Virus record (IMG/VR): IMGVR_UViG_3300036790_000419 | Coordinates: 64,001-128,000 of that record | DNA length: 64,000 nt | Direction: 5' to 3' (one strand) | Source: a virus | Shown: positions 35,118-45,162 of the stretch, piece by piece | Layout of the letters: each line of letters begins with the position of its first letter | Numbering within the stretch: position 1 is the stretch's first letter | Position numbers and translations under genes: made by a program | Notes under the pieces: generated by a model | The model's database searches: none | What the model saw: only the letters and a program-made list of their open reading frames with translations | Told to the model about the DNA's origin: nothing

Positions 35118-36233
35118 ATGCTCGATGACCTGCGCTGCATCATCCCGTCGCCTTCGGAGCAGACGTTTTCTCCTGTCGATGACGTGCCTGTAGCGCTGGC
35201 ACGCACCAGGCGGGTGACCGGCAGGCTCTTTGAGAAGCACATCCTCAACATGGGCGACCTGATCCACCCCAAGACCGGGGAGAAGATCCGGGTCGACGAC
35301 GCCTTCGTGGCGTCGCTGCAGGACAACTTCACCCGGGGCGTGTGCGACATCGTGCAGGTCCCGCTGGCCAACGACCAGAACCAGCACGTGGAGAACCCGG
35401 GCGCCAACCTGGGCGAGGTCGTCGGCATCAGCGCGCGCGGCAAGAAGGTGTACGCGCTGCTCGACGCGCGCCAGGACGCGGAGAAGTTCGGCAAGACCTA
35501 CCTGGGCGCCTCAGCGTTCCTGAGCACGAACTACACCGACAGCGCGACCGGCAAGAAGGCAGGCCCCACCCTGCTGCACGTGGCGGTCACCAACCGGCCC
35601 TACGTGACCGGCCTGGACGACTACAAGGAAGTCCTGGCCGCGTCGGCCGATAGCACAGGCGAAGTTGTCGTCCTGACTCCCGCGCCGCCGGAGGAAACCG
35701 TGCCGCTTACCAGGGAAGAGCTGCTCGCCGCTCTGAAGAACGAGCACGGCATCGACGTGGCCGCGCTGCAGGCCGCTGCCCCGCCCGCGCCGGACACCGC
35801 CGCGCTGACCGCCTCCGTCGTGCAGGCGCTCAAGGACGCCGGCATGGTGGGCCTGAGCGCTGATCCCGGCCAGGTGAGCCTGTCCGACGTCACCGCCGCG
35901 GTGGTCGAGCTGGCCGGCAGCAACAAGGGCCTGCGCAGCGAGGTGGACGGGCTGAAGCTGGCCGCCGCCGCGACCGAGGTGGACGGCTACATCGGCGCCG
36001 GCCGGCTGCTGCCGAAGACGCGCGAGACCGCCATCGAGATGGCACTGTCCAACCGTGCCGGGCTGGACTCGATCCTCGCTCCCGAGGACAAGCCCTACGT
36101 CGCCCTCGGCGTGCAGAAGGGCGTCTCCGGCCCGGACGGCGAGCAGCGCCAGGAGCAGGACGTCGATGCTGAGCTGGCGCGGCTGGCCGCGGAGCACAAG
36201 GAGTTCTTCACTCCGGACGGCACCCGGAACTGA
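35118..36233 (+). CDS. Capsid maturation protease/scaffold (Mu I-like)
   Basis: LLHVAVTNRPYV; CCGATAA(35104)-N7-ATG. Confidence 0.8.
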   Translation: MLDDLRCIIPSPSEQTFSPVDDVPVALARTRRVTGRLFEKHILNMGDLIHPKTGEKIRVDDAFVASLQDNFTRGVCDIVQVPLANDQNQHVENPGANLGEVVGISARGKKVYALLDARQDAEKFGKTYLGASAFLSTNYTDSATGKKAGPTLLHVAVTNRPYVTGLDDYKEVLAASADSTGEVVVLTPAPPEETVPLTREELLAALKNEHGIDVAALQAAAPPAPDTAALTASVVQALKDAGMVGLSADPGQVSLSDVTAAVVELAGSNKGLRSEVDGLKLAAAATEVDGYIGAGRLLPKTRETAIEMALSNRAGLDSILAPEDKPYVALGVQKGVSGPDGEQRQEQDVDAELARLAAEHKEFFTPDGTRN

Positions 36234-36261
36234 CCGGGTTTAGCGACGAGGAGCGCGGCAG

Positions 36262-36951
36262 ATGCCATCCAACGACAGCTTCGAGTTCGACTACCCGCCG
36301 GGTTACGTCAAGCCGACGCACGAGTACGGCCAGTCGTACGGCGACGAGTTCCACGCTGAGGCGGTTCAGGAACTCCTGCTGTCCTATGCCGGCTTCACCC
36401 AGCGGGGCGTCACCCTGGCGGCCGGGCAGGGCGTGCTGCCGACTGGCTGCATCATCGCCCGGCACGTCGCCTCCGGCCGGTACTTCTCCTACCAGGCGGG
36501 CGCCACCGACGGGCGGCAGGTCCCGGTCGGCGTGCTGCGCGACTCCCGTGACACCGGCGGCCCCGGCGCGGCGAGCCTGTCCGCCTTCAACGCCGGCACC
36601 AACGGCGTGAACCCGGACGGCATCACGCTGGTCGGCGGCGCGGTCGTCTTCCCGGCGAGCCCGGGCGGCAAGGTGGCGACCGACGCGCTCGGCAACATGG
36701 TGGTGCGCGGCATCCTCAACGGCAACGTGGTCTCCGGCACCGACACGACCAACATCATCAACGGGCGCGGCCTCGGCTCCGGGGTCGGCCAGTCGATGGT
36801 GCTGCTCGGCGCGCGGTACGTGCCCTACGGCGGCGCGGTCTCCGGTGCCTCCCTCGGTGCCCCGTTCCCCGGCGGCCCGATGGACGGCGTGCCGCCGAGC
36901 AACGCGGGCGTGGTGCCGACCGGCGTCGGGGTCTCGGCGTTTATTTTCTGA
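36262..36951 (+). CDS. Head decoration protein
   Basis: GVTLAAGQGVLPTG.II.R; position between scaffold and capsid. Confidence 0.7.
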   Translation: MPSNDSFEFDYPPGYVKPTHEYGQSYGDEFHAEAVQELLLSYAGFTQRGVTLAAGQGVLPTGCIIARHVASGRYFSYQAGATDGRQVPVGVLRDSRDTGGPGAASLSAFNAGTNGVNPDGITLVGGAVVFPASPGGKVATDALGNMVVRGILNGNVVSGTDTTNIINGRGLGSGVGQSMVLLGARYVPYGGAVSGASLGAPFPGGPMDGVPPSNAGVVPTGVGVSAFIF

Positions 36952-37277
36952 TGGCTGACGGGCTGCTGTGGGCCTACAGCGGGCCTGCGCTCACGCAGGC
37001 GAAGAGCCCGCTCAACTCACCGTGGTTCGCGCTAGGGGGGCCACAGCTTTCTGCCAACAGCATCAGCCAGGCCCTGCTCTCATGGGCTGCGGCCGGGGGC
37101 ACCACCACGGTGACCGTGCAGGGCAGCTTTGACGGGGTGAACGTGGACGCGGACCTCACCTACACGGTGACGACAGGTACGCCGTTCAGCATCATTACCC
37201 CGTACTTCCGAGTGAACGTGGCACAGACCGTGGCAGATGCGACCAAGACCAAACTGGTTCTCGTTGGAAGGTCCTGA
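36951..37277 (+). CDS. Hypothetical structural protein
   Basis: TGATG overlap, beta-rich. Confidence 0.65.
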   Translation: MADGLLWAYSGPALTQAKSPLNSPWFALGGPQLSANSISQALLSWAAAGGTTTVTVQGSFDGVNVDADLTYTVTTGTPFSIITPYFRVNVAQTVADATKTKLVLVGRS

Positions 37278-37280
37278 CCG

Positions 37281-37598
37281 GTGATTTACGCGCAAGTAAT
37301 TAGCATTCCTGCGAGTTCGGTCGTCGAGGTCTTCACGGAGATGGGTATCGACCCTCTCCGCTGCGAAGTCATTGTTCAGTTCGAGAGCCCGGTCGTTACC
37401 GGGATCGTGCTGTTTCTCGCGCAGGACGCTGCCGGAACCAATGTCGGGCCAGCGCTTGACACGGAGGCCGTGGGCAGCGGGGGGGCTGCGCTCCCGCTGG
37501 CTACCTCCCGTTTCTGCACGGATAAGGACCCGGTGTACCTCCAGAACACGCACAGCTCCGCAATTAACGTGGCAGTCGCGCTCACTGACCACCCCTAA
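37281..37598 (+). CDS. Hypothetical protein
   Basis: Abuts upstream gene. Confidence 0.55.
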   Translation: MIYAQVISIPASSVVEVFTEMGIDPLRCEVIVQFESPVVTGIVLFLAQDAAGTNVGPALDTEAVGSGGAALPLATSRFCTDKDPVYLQNTHSSAINVAVALTDHP

Positions 37599-37617
37599 CC
37601 CCGCCGATAGCCCGGTC

Positions 37618-37959
37618 GTGTGGGTTCCGTGGAGGACTCTTCAGGTCGTGCTCCAGAAGATGGAGGCACGGCTCGACCAGCGGCTGTCACAGCTTGACAG
37701 CAGACTAGGAGCTGTAATGGCATCGCAGGATGACATCGACGCGGCAGTCACGCAGATCAACACCACGCTGGGCGACCTGCAGGCGCAGTCGACGGCCATC
37801 GGCACGGACGTGACCGCCATCCAGGCCGCGCTCGCGGCCCTCCCGGCGGACGTGGACACCTCGGCCCTCAACGCCGCGGTGGCCTCGCTCGCGCAGAACC
37901 AGGCGAGCCTGGACACCTCGGTCGGCGGCCTGTCCGCCGTGGTGCCGCCTGTCTCCTGA
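37618..37959 (+). CDS. Coiled-coil protein (alternative start ATG 37717)
   Basis: CCGATAG(37604)-N7-GTG; internal SD taggag. Confidence 0.65.
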   Translation: MWVPWRTLQVVLQKMEARLDQRLSQLDSRLGAVMASQDDIDAAVTQINTTLGDLQAQSTAIGTDVTAIQAALAALPADVDTSALNAAVASLAQNQASLDTSVGGLSAVVPPVS

Positions 37960-37988
37960 GATTGACGGTTGCGCAGTACACCGCCAGT

Positions 37989-38026
37989 GCCAGCCCCCGG
38001 ACCCACCCTCCGGGGGCCGGCTTTTT
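37989..38026 (+). terminator. Intrinsic terminator
   Basis: gcccccgga/tccgggggc plus ttttt. Confidence 0.7.
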
Positions 38027-38045
38027 GCTATAGCCCTGTTCTGCG

Positions 38046-38861
38046 CTAGGGCTCTGTTCGAACTGTCGGCCGGGCTTTTCGCGACCGAGGTACCTGTGTC
38101 CGGACTGGCCAAGCATGCCAGGGCTGCGGGCAGGCGTCGTTTCTGTGGCGCTCGATGTAGTCGGCTGCGGCCCGGAGCCAGTCCGGGTTGTCGTCGAACA
38201 GCCCGATCCCCTGGTTGTGCCGGTGGCACAGCAGGTCCCGGAGATGATCAGTAGCGTGGTCGTGGTCGACCGGCAGGCCCCAGTTCCCTTCTCGCCAGTT
38301 CTGCGTAGGGGGAGGTGACGGCGGTTCCCCGCAGATCGCGCAGCGGTTGCCCTGGGCCGCGACCATCTCCTGGTACTGCTCGGGCGTGACCCCGTAACGA
38401 CGGAAGCGCTCACTGAGCCGCCATGGTGCGTTTATCTCCCGGCAGCTTCTTGAGCAGTACGCCTGATTTCCTTTACCGTGGCTGTTTCCTTTAACGACGA
38501 ATTCGCGGGAGAGCAGGTGCCGTCCGTCCTCATCACGTTCGGGTAGCTCACAGCGTGGGTTGGCGCACACGAGTGTGAAGTCTGGGCGGCCAGGGCAGTC
38601 TGCTCCGCAGGTCTTGCTGTCTGCCCTGGACGGCTGATACGTGCGCTGGCATTTCTCGCACTGCCGTGGTCCGGGCTTCAGGTCTTCGAACATGCCCGCG
38701 CTGTCTCGGGTCCCTCCGCGTTTCCTGTTTGAGAGGGTCATCGCGCAGTTCCGGCCGGTTGAAGGCGGGCATGCCTCTTGCTTCCTGCGTACTGGTGTGA
38801 ACTCTGCTTGGCAGATCACGCAGTTTCTGGGTTGAGCCCCAGCTAGTCGTCCCTGTGCCAT
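38046..38861 (-). CDS. Free-standing HNH endonuclease (endonuclease VII-like) with Cys-rich repeats
   Basis: YGVT...CAIC...VDHDH...LLC..HN.GIGLF.DN. Confidence 0.88.
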   Translation of the reverse strand: MAQGRLAGAQPRNCVICQAEFTPVRRKQEACPPSTGRNCAMTLSNRKRGGTRDSAGMFEDLKPGPRQCEKCQRTYQPSRADSKTCGADCPGRPDFTLVCANPRCELPERDEDGRHLLSREFVVKGNSHGKGNQAYCSRSCREINAPWRLSERFRRYGVTPEQYQEMVAAQGNRCAICGEPPSPPPTQNWREGNWGLPVDHDHATDHLRDLLCHRHNQGIGLFDDNPDWLRAAADYIERHRNDACPQPWHAWPVRTQVPRSRKARPTVRTEP

Positions 38862-38992
38862 GGTTCTTCTCCCCGCCGATTAGACACGCGTAAAGGCCAG
38901 CCATGTGGCCCGGTGATTCGGGCGGCGCAGGCCGGGCACCCGCAGGTGTCGCTGCTACAGACATTTATTAGTCTACACCAGCTCACTAAGGG

Positions 38993-40201
38993 GTGGTCGA
39001 GATTCCTGACATAAGTCTACTCGAACCGGTAGTGCTACGCGGAGTAGTCGAGAAGTTCGTGACTCCGGAGACCCTGCTGCTGCTGAACAGGCTCGACCAG
39101 ACCCCCTGGCCTTTCCCCAGCGCCACCTGGGACGTGGTGAAGGGCAGCCGCGCGGTCGCCAAGCCGAACGTGCCCAACAGCGAGGCGCACATCATCTCCC
39201 GGCTCGGCCGCAGCCAGGAGTCCGCGAGCTTCATCTACCTGCGCGAGAAGAAGGTCTTCGAGCCGACCACGCTGCACTGGCTGAGGACGCCGGGCGAGAT
39301 CGCCCGCATCAACGCCGAGCAGGCGGTGCTGCGCGAGATCAACGACCTCAACCAGCGGTTCGACAACTTCGCGGAGTGGAGCTGCTGGCAGGCCCTGGGC
39401 GGGGCGATCCAGTACAACTACGCGGACATCCAGGCGACGGTCGACTACAAGTTCCCGTCGAGCCACTTCGTAACGCCCGCCGTGCCGTGGGTCACCAACA
39501 CCGCGCTGGGCTACTACACCACCGGCGGCACGTCGGTGAACAGCGGGGCGCCGGGCAGCGCGGCAACGCTCGGCCAGGCCAACACGAACCTGAACACCGG
39601 CGGTGCCGGCGGCATCACCTACGCCACCCCGGTCGGCATCATCGAGGACGTCCGGTCCTGGAAGAGGCTGCTGCAGGTGCACGGCCGGGTGCCCGCCAAG
39701 GAGACCTTCGGTACCTCGGTCACCATGGCGGGCCTGATGGAGGCCTGGGTGAGTGCCACGCAGGCCTCCACCGTGTCCATCCCGGCGACCATGCTGTCCG
39801 ACCGGATGAAGGACGAGTACTACTCGACCGGCATCATGACCGGCTTCATGGGCTTGACCTGGACCACGGTGGAGCAGGTCTTCGAGTCTGACCTCGGCAA
39901 CCTGACGTTCTTCGTCCCGGACGGCCAGCTCTACATCGGGAACTACACCGACCAGCGGCCGGTGGAGATCCTGGTGGGCCCGACGGCCGATGACGAGGCG
40001 CCCCAGGGCTTCACCGGCAAGTACGCGAAGACCTGGAAGGAGAAGGACCCGTCGGCCAGGCAGTACCTCCTGGAATGGCACCTCCTGCCGATCGTGACCA
40101 GGCCGGAGCAGATGCTGGTGGCCACCAACGTCATCTCGGCCGGCGAGGACAACGCCGCGCCCGCGGGCTACTACAACGGCGGCGCCGGGTCGGTCGACTA
40201 A
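38993..40201 (+). CDS. Major capsid protein (lambda E-like)
   Basis: Size, position, EWSCWQAL.G, W.EKDPS..YL...LP; CCGATTA at 38876. Confidence 0.85.
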   Translation: MVEIPDISLLEPVVLRGVVEKFVTPETLLLLNRLDQTPWPFPSATWDVVKGSRAVAKPNVPNSEAHIISRLGRSQESASFIYLREKKVFEPTTLHWLRTPGEIARINAEQAVLREINDLNQRFDNFAEWSCWQALGGAIQYNYADIQATVDYKFPSSHFVTPAVPWVTNTALGYYTTGGTSVNSGAPGSAATLGQANTNLNTGGAGGITYATPVGIIEDVRSWKRLLQVHGRVPAKETFGTSVTMAGLMEAWVSATQASTVSIPATMLSDRMKDEYYSTGIMTGFMGLTWTTVEQVFESDLGNLTFFVPDGQLYIGNYTDQRPVEILVGPTADDEAPQGFTGKYAKTWKEKDPSARQYLLEWHLLPIVTRPEQMLVATNVISAGEDNAAPAGYYNGGAGSVD

Positions 40202-40233
40202 GCTGAGGCCAGCTCTGCCCTAGAGCTGCGGTT

Positions 40234-40273
40234 GCGGAGAGCCCCCGGTAGTAGACGGCCGGGGGCTCTCCGC
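40234..40273 (+). terminator. Hairpin terminator after capsid gene
   Basis: gcggagagcccccgg/ccgggggctctccgc. Confidence 0.65.
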
Positions 40274-40563
40274 GCCCGGGCGTAGTAGTTACCGTGCCGC
40301 GGCACGGGCCCTCCTCCCCGGACCCGGCACCGGGAATGAGGGAGGGGCGGAGGCAAACTGCTGGCCCGGAACGAGACACGCCGGCCCCGGCCGACGGCGA
40401 GGATCTCCGGGCAGAGCCGCTAGCCGTCCCTCCCGATTTCCGGGTATGCTCCGTGACTGCTAAGGGGATTCACCGTCAGGGCCGCCTTGCCCGCTAAGCC
40501 CTGGCCTCGAAGGGGCCCGGCCCGCAACCGGGCCCCTCTCGTGTTTCCGCCGATTGCCCTCGC

Positions 40564-41274
40564 ATGGCAGGACTGAGCGGCGAGCAGGCCGTTATCGACG
40601 TGGTGGCCCTCTCCGAGCGGCTGTGCCCCAGCACCTCCAACGAAACCGCCGCAAGACTGGAACTGCCGCCCGAGGTTCCAGCGGAAATTGGGCCCTCCTG
40701 CGCGCTCGGGCACCCCAACGCGCCCGGCATGCGGTTCTGCGGCGCGTGCGGGCTGCCGGTCGGCGCGTCCATCCCGGTGCGCGGCGAGCCCCAGCGGCCC
40801 AAGCCGGCCGGCCAGCTGACCCCGGCGGAGAAAGCGGAGCGCGAGCGGCAGCACGCTGAGGCCGTGGCCGCCGCCGCGCGGTTCGAGAACCAGCCCCAGC
40901 GGTTCGTGCCGGCTGAGGGCGAGGCCGTGCTCATCCACTTCGTGGCCGACGGGCTGACCGCGTTCGGCCAGGTCTGGTACCGCGGGCAGGAGCTGCAGAT
41001 CGGCCCGGATCACCCGCGCTGGGCCGAGGCCCTGGGGTGGATCACCCTTAACCGCTTCCAGCAGGCCAGTCGCTGGGGTGAGCAGAAGTTCGACTTCGGC
41101 CCCTGGCCCGGCCGCCGCCACGTCGATGCCCTGGGCAGCTTCGAGCAGCTGACCGGCACCGACCCTCAGGGCAACAAGGTGGCCATCACCGGGCCGACCG
41201 AGCAGCAACTGCGCGACGCGGACGCGGCGGAGCGCAGGCGCGGCCGGGCGGTGCCCGCCCCGGCGTTCGGGTAA
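40564..41274 (+). CDS. Hypothetical late protein with zinc ribbon
   Basis: CCGATTG(40550)-N7-ATG; C..GH.N....FCGACG. Confidence 0.75.
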   Translation: MAGLSGEQAVIDVVALSERLCPSTSNETAARLELPPEVPAEIGPSCALGHPNAPGMRFCGACGLPVGASIPVRGEPQRPKPAGQLTPAEKAERERQHAEAVAAAARFENQPQRFVPAEGEAVLIHFVADGLTAFGQVWYRGQELQIGPDHPRWAEALGWITLNRFQQASRWGEQKFDFGPWPGRRHVDALGSFEQLTGTDPQGNKVAITGPTEQQLRDADAAERRRGRAVPAPAFG

Positions 41275-41279
41275 CCGCC

Positions 41280-42815
41280 GTGGCGCTGCCGGGCGGCCTG
41301 GCCACGGTCGAGGTCACCGGGCTGAACCTGCTGTCGCTGGACGGCACGCCGCTGTCCGGCACCGTAATCTTCAGCGTTGACGGGCCGGTCGCCGCTCCGG
41401 CGGTCAGCGCGCTGCTGGAGGGCTCGGCCGCGGCGGAAGTGCAGGACGGGGTGATGGAGCCGCTGGTCATCCCGGCTACCGACTGCGTCTCCCCCGGCTT
41501 CTCCTACACGGTCACGCAGCGGCTGACCACCCCGGACGGGCCGGGCGGCAACCCGGTGCCGTCCGCCGGGGTGGCCATCCCGTCGAGCCTGGGCCCGTCG
41601 GTCGACCTGTCGTCCCTGGTGCCGTCGGCTCCTGTCCCCCCGCCGTCGGCATTCGGCACGGCCAACACCTGGGCGCAGACCCAGGCCTTTGAGGGCTCCC
41701 CGCCCCTGCTCGTGCCTGAGGGCGCAGCGGACGGCTACGTGTGGACCTCGGACGCTGACGGGGGCGGCAGCTGGCAGCCGGCCGGCGGTGGCGTCCCCGG
41801 CTCCGGCACGGTCACCTCGGTCAGCGTCGCGAGCGCCAACGGGTTCGCCGGCACGGTCGCCAACCCGGGCACCGTGCCGCAGCTCACGCTCAAGACCACG
41901 GTCACGGGGCTGCTGAAGGGCAGCAGCGCCGCCGGCGCGGTCGCCGCCGCGGCCGCGGGTACCGACTACCTCGCGCCGGGCGGCTCGGGCGCGGCCCTGA
42001 CGGGCATCACCGCCGCGCAGGCCGGCGCGGACGCCGCCGGCGCTGCCGCCAGTGCCCAGGCGGCCAGCCTGCAGAAGTCCGCCAGCCTGGGCGACGTCGC
42101 CTCGCCCGCCACGGCCAGGGCTAACCTGGGCCTCGGGTCGGCGGCGGTCCAGTCGTCCGCCGCATTCGACGCGGCGGGCGCCGCGTCGGCCGTCGAGGCC
42201 CTGGCGCTGCTCATCGCGAGCAACCTGTCAGACCTGCAGTCGGCGGCGACCGCTCGCTCCAACCTGGGGCTCGGCACCGCTGCCACCCAGGCGTCGGGCG
42301 CGTTCGACGCGGCAGGCGCGGCGGCTTCGGCGCAGTCAGCGGCCGAGGCTTTCGCGTCCGGGCTGCAGCCGTCCTCAGGCAGCCCGCTGGCGGTCACTGA
42401 CGGCGGCACCGGCCTGTCGGCTGCGTCGCTGGCCGTGCTGCTCGCCAGCCTGCTCGCGGCCGGCGGCGGGGCGATGGGCGCGGGCCTCGCGCCGAAGGTC
42501 GTCTCGCTGTCCCAGTCGGGCGGGTCGGTCGCCGTTGACGCGAGCGCCGGCAACGCGCTCAACCTGACGCTCACCGCTTCCGGCTGGACGATAGCCAACC
42601 CGTCCGGCCCCGCCGACGCGGAGGTGATCCGCTTCCGGATCACGCAGGGCGCCGGCGGCTCGTTCACCGTGGCGTGGGGCAGCGCCTACGACTTCGGGTC
42701 TGGCAGTGCCCCGACGCTGAGCACCGCCGCCGGCAAGGTCGACATCATCGCCTTCGAGTACGTCAGCTCCAACAGCAAGTGGTGCTGCCTTAACAACGGG
42801 GGCCTGGATTACTGA
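41280..42815 (+). CDS. Fibre/minor structural protein
   Basis: Repeated ATAR.NLGLG.AA.Q...AFDAAGAA; Gly/Ala-rich. Confidence 0.75.
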   Translation: MALPGGLATVEVTGLNLLSLDGTPLSGTVIFSVDGPVAAPAVSALLEGSAAAEVQDGVMEPLVIPATDCVSPGFSYTVTQRLTTPDGPGGNPVPSAGVAIPSSLGPSVDLSSLVPSAPVPPPSAFGTANTWAQTQAFEGSPPLLVPEGAADGYVWTSDADGGGSWQPAGGGVPGSGTVTSVSVASANGFAGTVANPGTVPQLTLKTTVTGLLKGSSAAGAVAAAAAGTDYLAPGGSGAALTGITAAQAGADAAGAAASAQAASLQKSASLGDVASPATARANLGLGSAAVQSSAAFDAAGAASAVEALALLIASNLSDLQSAATARSNLGLGTAATQASGAFDAAGAAASAQSAAEAFASGLQPSSGSPLAVTDGGTGLSAASLAVLLASLLAAGGGAMGAGLAPKVVSLSQSGGSVAVDASAGNALNLTLTASGWTIANPSGPADAEVIRFRITQGAGGSFTVAWGSAYDFGSGSAPTLSTAAGKVDIIAFEYVSSNSKWCCLNNGGLDY

Positions 42816-43504
42816 TGGCTGTCAGCTTCCCCGCGACTGCCAGCGACGTCACTGTCGTGCAGGGGCTGGCGACCATGGCCGGAGCGCCGCCGGCGAACAC
42901 GGCCGACGGGGACGTGCTGGTCGCGGTCGCCTCCACCCGCACCGGGGCCGTTACCCCGCCGGCCGGGTGGACGAGCGTGGCGCCCCTGTTCGGGGTGGAC
43001 GGCGGCGCGGTCGTCCACGTGCTGCCCGTGCCTGCCACGGGGTCGCTGCCCGGGAGCTGGACATGGTCGGCGGGTTCGGCCCGGTCGTCGCTGATCATCG
43101 CCCGGGTGGCCGGCGCGTCGCTGGCCAGCCCGGTGTCACAGGCGGGGACGCCGGGCTCGGGCGGGACCGACAGCCCGAACGGGCTGCCGCTGGTGCTGCC
43201 CGGCGTCACCGCGGGCGGCGGCGTGCTCGCGTTCGTGTTCACCTACTTCACCGCCACCGCCCCGCCGACGGCGTACGTGCCGGGGATGACGCAACTGGCG
43301 GTCGCGACCACCGCCGGATCCAACAGGTCGGGTACCGGCCTGTGGGGGATGACCGCCACCGGGGCAACCGGCGACGTCACCTGCGCGGACACCTCCACCT
43401 GGGCGTCCGGCGCGGCGACAGGCCAGTCGGGCGTGCTGGTCGGCATCGCCGCCGCCTCCGCGCCGGCCGCTCCCTCCGGCCTGCTCATGACCGGGATCAT
43501 CTGA
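42815..43504 (+). CDS. Minor structural protein
   Basis: GDVLVAV..TPPAGWT; beta-rich. Confidence 0.65.
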   Translation: MAVSFPATASDVTVVQGLATMAGAPPANTADGDVLVAVASTRTGAVTPPAGWTSVAPLFGVDGGAVVHVLPVPATGSLPGSWTWSAGSARSSLIIARVAGASLASPVSQAGTPGSGGTDSPNGLPLVLPGVTAGGGVLAFVFTYFTATAPPTAYVPGMTQLAVATTAGSNRSGTGLWGMTATGATGDVTCADTSTWASGAATGQSGVLVGIAAASAPAAPSGLLMTGII

Positions 43505-43542
43505 CTGTCCGATTAGCGGTGCATGGCGTTCGCGAGGCTGCC

Positions 43543-44121
43543 GTGACCTGGCCGGTGCCGACCGTCACGGAGCTGGCCGAGTACACCGGCCGGCCGGTAA
43601 CCGGCTACACCAGCTACGTCAATTCGGCGCTGCTGCAGTCCGCGATGATGTTCACCGTCCTGGCTGAGCTGGGCGCGGACGACTACGGGGGCATGCGACC
43701 GGACTTCCAGGCCCTGGCGAACATGGGCATCATGGCGATGGGGGACTACCTGTACCTGCGCTGGCCGTACGCGCAGGCCCTGGCGAGCCCGATGCAGAGC
43801 GAGACGATCGGCTCCTACTCCTACTCCAAGCCGGTCGAGCAGATGGCCCGCAACGCGCAGGCCATCGAGGTGACCTCGGAGAAGACCGGGGTTGACATGT
43901 TCGACCTGGCGGTACGCCGCCTGGCCCGGCGGCGCTCGATGAACGGCGTGTTCTTCGGGCAGATCACAGGCTTCGAAAAGCGCGCCCGCGAAGACCTGGC
44001 GTACGTCAAGTGGGATCCTGACGAGGAGCGCATGGTGCTGGTCGGGCCGGCGGATAGAGATCAAATTGATTTCCAGTTCTTCAGCATCAGCTCCGAGTCC
44101 TTCCCCGGCGATCCTGCGTAG
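43543..44121 (+). CDS. Head-to-tail adaptor
   Basis: PTV.EL..YTG, QSETIGSYSYS. Confidence 0.75.
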   Translation: MTWPVPTVTELAEYTGRPVTGYTSYVNSALLQSAMMFTVLAELGADDYGGMRPDFQALANMGIMAMGDYLYLRWPYAQALASPMQSETIGSYSYSKPVEQMARNAQAIEVTSEKTGVDMFDLAVRRLARRRSMNGVFFGQITGFEKRAREDLAYVKWDPDEERMVLVGPADRDQIDFQFFSISSESFPGDPA

Positions 44122-44141
44122 ATGTCATATACACTGACGCT

Positions 44142-44924
44142 ATGCCTAGTGGAAGACCGCCAACTATTCACCTGACACCTGGCCAGCGCATTGGCCGGGG
44201 TGTCGTCATCGATCCGGAAATCCGGCTAGCTCGCACGGCTGCGATGCCGAAAGGGCGGCGCGGCGCGAGACTCCAGTGCGATTGCGGCACGGTCTACGAG
44301 GCCGACATAGGCAGTCTGGTGGAGCGCAAGGGCCGGATCAACACCACGTCCTGCGGCTGCGTGCAGCGGGAAACCTCAGCCCGTATCGGGCGGCAGACCG
44401 TGCTGTACGCACAGACGGCCCGCTGGCAAGCTCGCGGGCTGGATGGCCTTTGTGCTGCGCGGAAGTCGGACTACCAGCGCTGGTCGAACATGATGGCACG
44501 CTGTTATAACCCGGAGTACCCGAGGTACCCGGATTGGGGCGGCCGGGGCATCCGGGTCTGCGAGCGCTGGCACGACTTCCGCTTGTTCCTGGAGGACATC
44601 GACCGGCTGCTTGGCCCTTGTCCGGACGGTTACACACTGGACCGGACCGACAACAACAGCGGTTACGCACCAGGCAAGGTCCGGTGGGCTTCCTACTCAA
44701 CGCAGAACCGGAACCGGCGCAAGAACAAGGGCGCAACCTCTCAGTACCGGGGGGTTAGCTGGGATACGAGCCGACGTAGGTGGCAAGCCAAGATTCAGGT
44801 AGCTGGCCGTACCGTATCGCTGGGCCGGTTCACTGATGAAGAAGACGCGCACAAGGCATACCTGGCAGCAGTGCGCGGCCTGCCTGGCGATCCGGGCTTA
44901 GCACGTAGTACGGGGCATGAGTGA
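44142..44924 (+). CDS. HNH endonuclease with AP2 domain
   Basis: M..RCYNP...WGGRGI.VCERW, TLDR.DN...Y.PG.VRWA, S.YRGVSW...LGRF..E..A..AY; leaderless after TACACT. Confidence 0.9.
   Translation: MPSGRPPTIHLTPGQRIGRGVVIDPEIRLARTAAMPKGRRGARLQCDCGTVYEADIGSLVERKGRINTTSCGCVQRETSARIGRQTVLYAQTARWQARGLDGLCAARKSDYQRWSNMMARCYNPEYPRYPDWGGRGIRVCERWHDFRLFLEDIDRLLGPCPDGYTLDRTDNNSGYAPGKVRWASYSTQNRNRRKNKGATSQYRGVSWDTSRRRWQAKIQVAGRTVSLGRFTDEEDAHKAYLAAVRGLPGDPGLARSTGHE
44904..44910 (+). promoter_or_regulatory. CGTAGTA-class element, leaderless
   Basis: 6 nt before ATG 44917. Confidence 0.6.
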
Positions 44925-45162
44925 TTCACTGAGTGCTGAGAACGACGCCCTGGCCGCCGCGCTGCTATGGCTGAAGGACGCCCCGCAAGATGACCGGCTG
45001 TACGAGGCCGAGTTCGGCCGGTTCGCGAACAGCTCGGGCTGCTGGTGGTACCTGAAGCTGGTCACCGAGGTGCGCAACGGCGAGGTCCTGGCGAGCCCGG
45101 AGGACGACGAGAAGAAGTACCTGGCGGTCATCGAAGCCTGGCGCAAGGCCTACCAAGCATGA
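44917..45162 (+). CDS. Hypothetical protein
   Basis: Leaderless start after CGTAGTA. Confidence 0.65.
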   Translation: MSDSLSAENDALAAALLWLKDAPQDDRLYEAEFGRFANSSGCWWYLKLVTEVRNGEVLASPEDDEKKYLAVIEAWRKAYQA

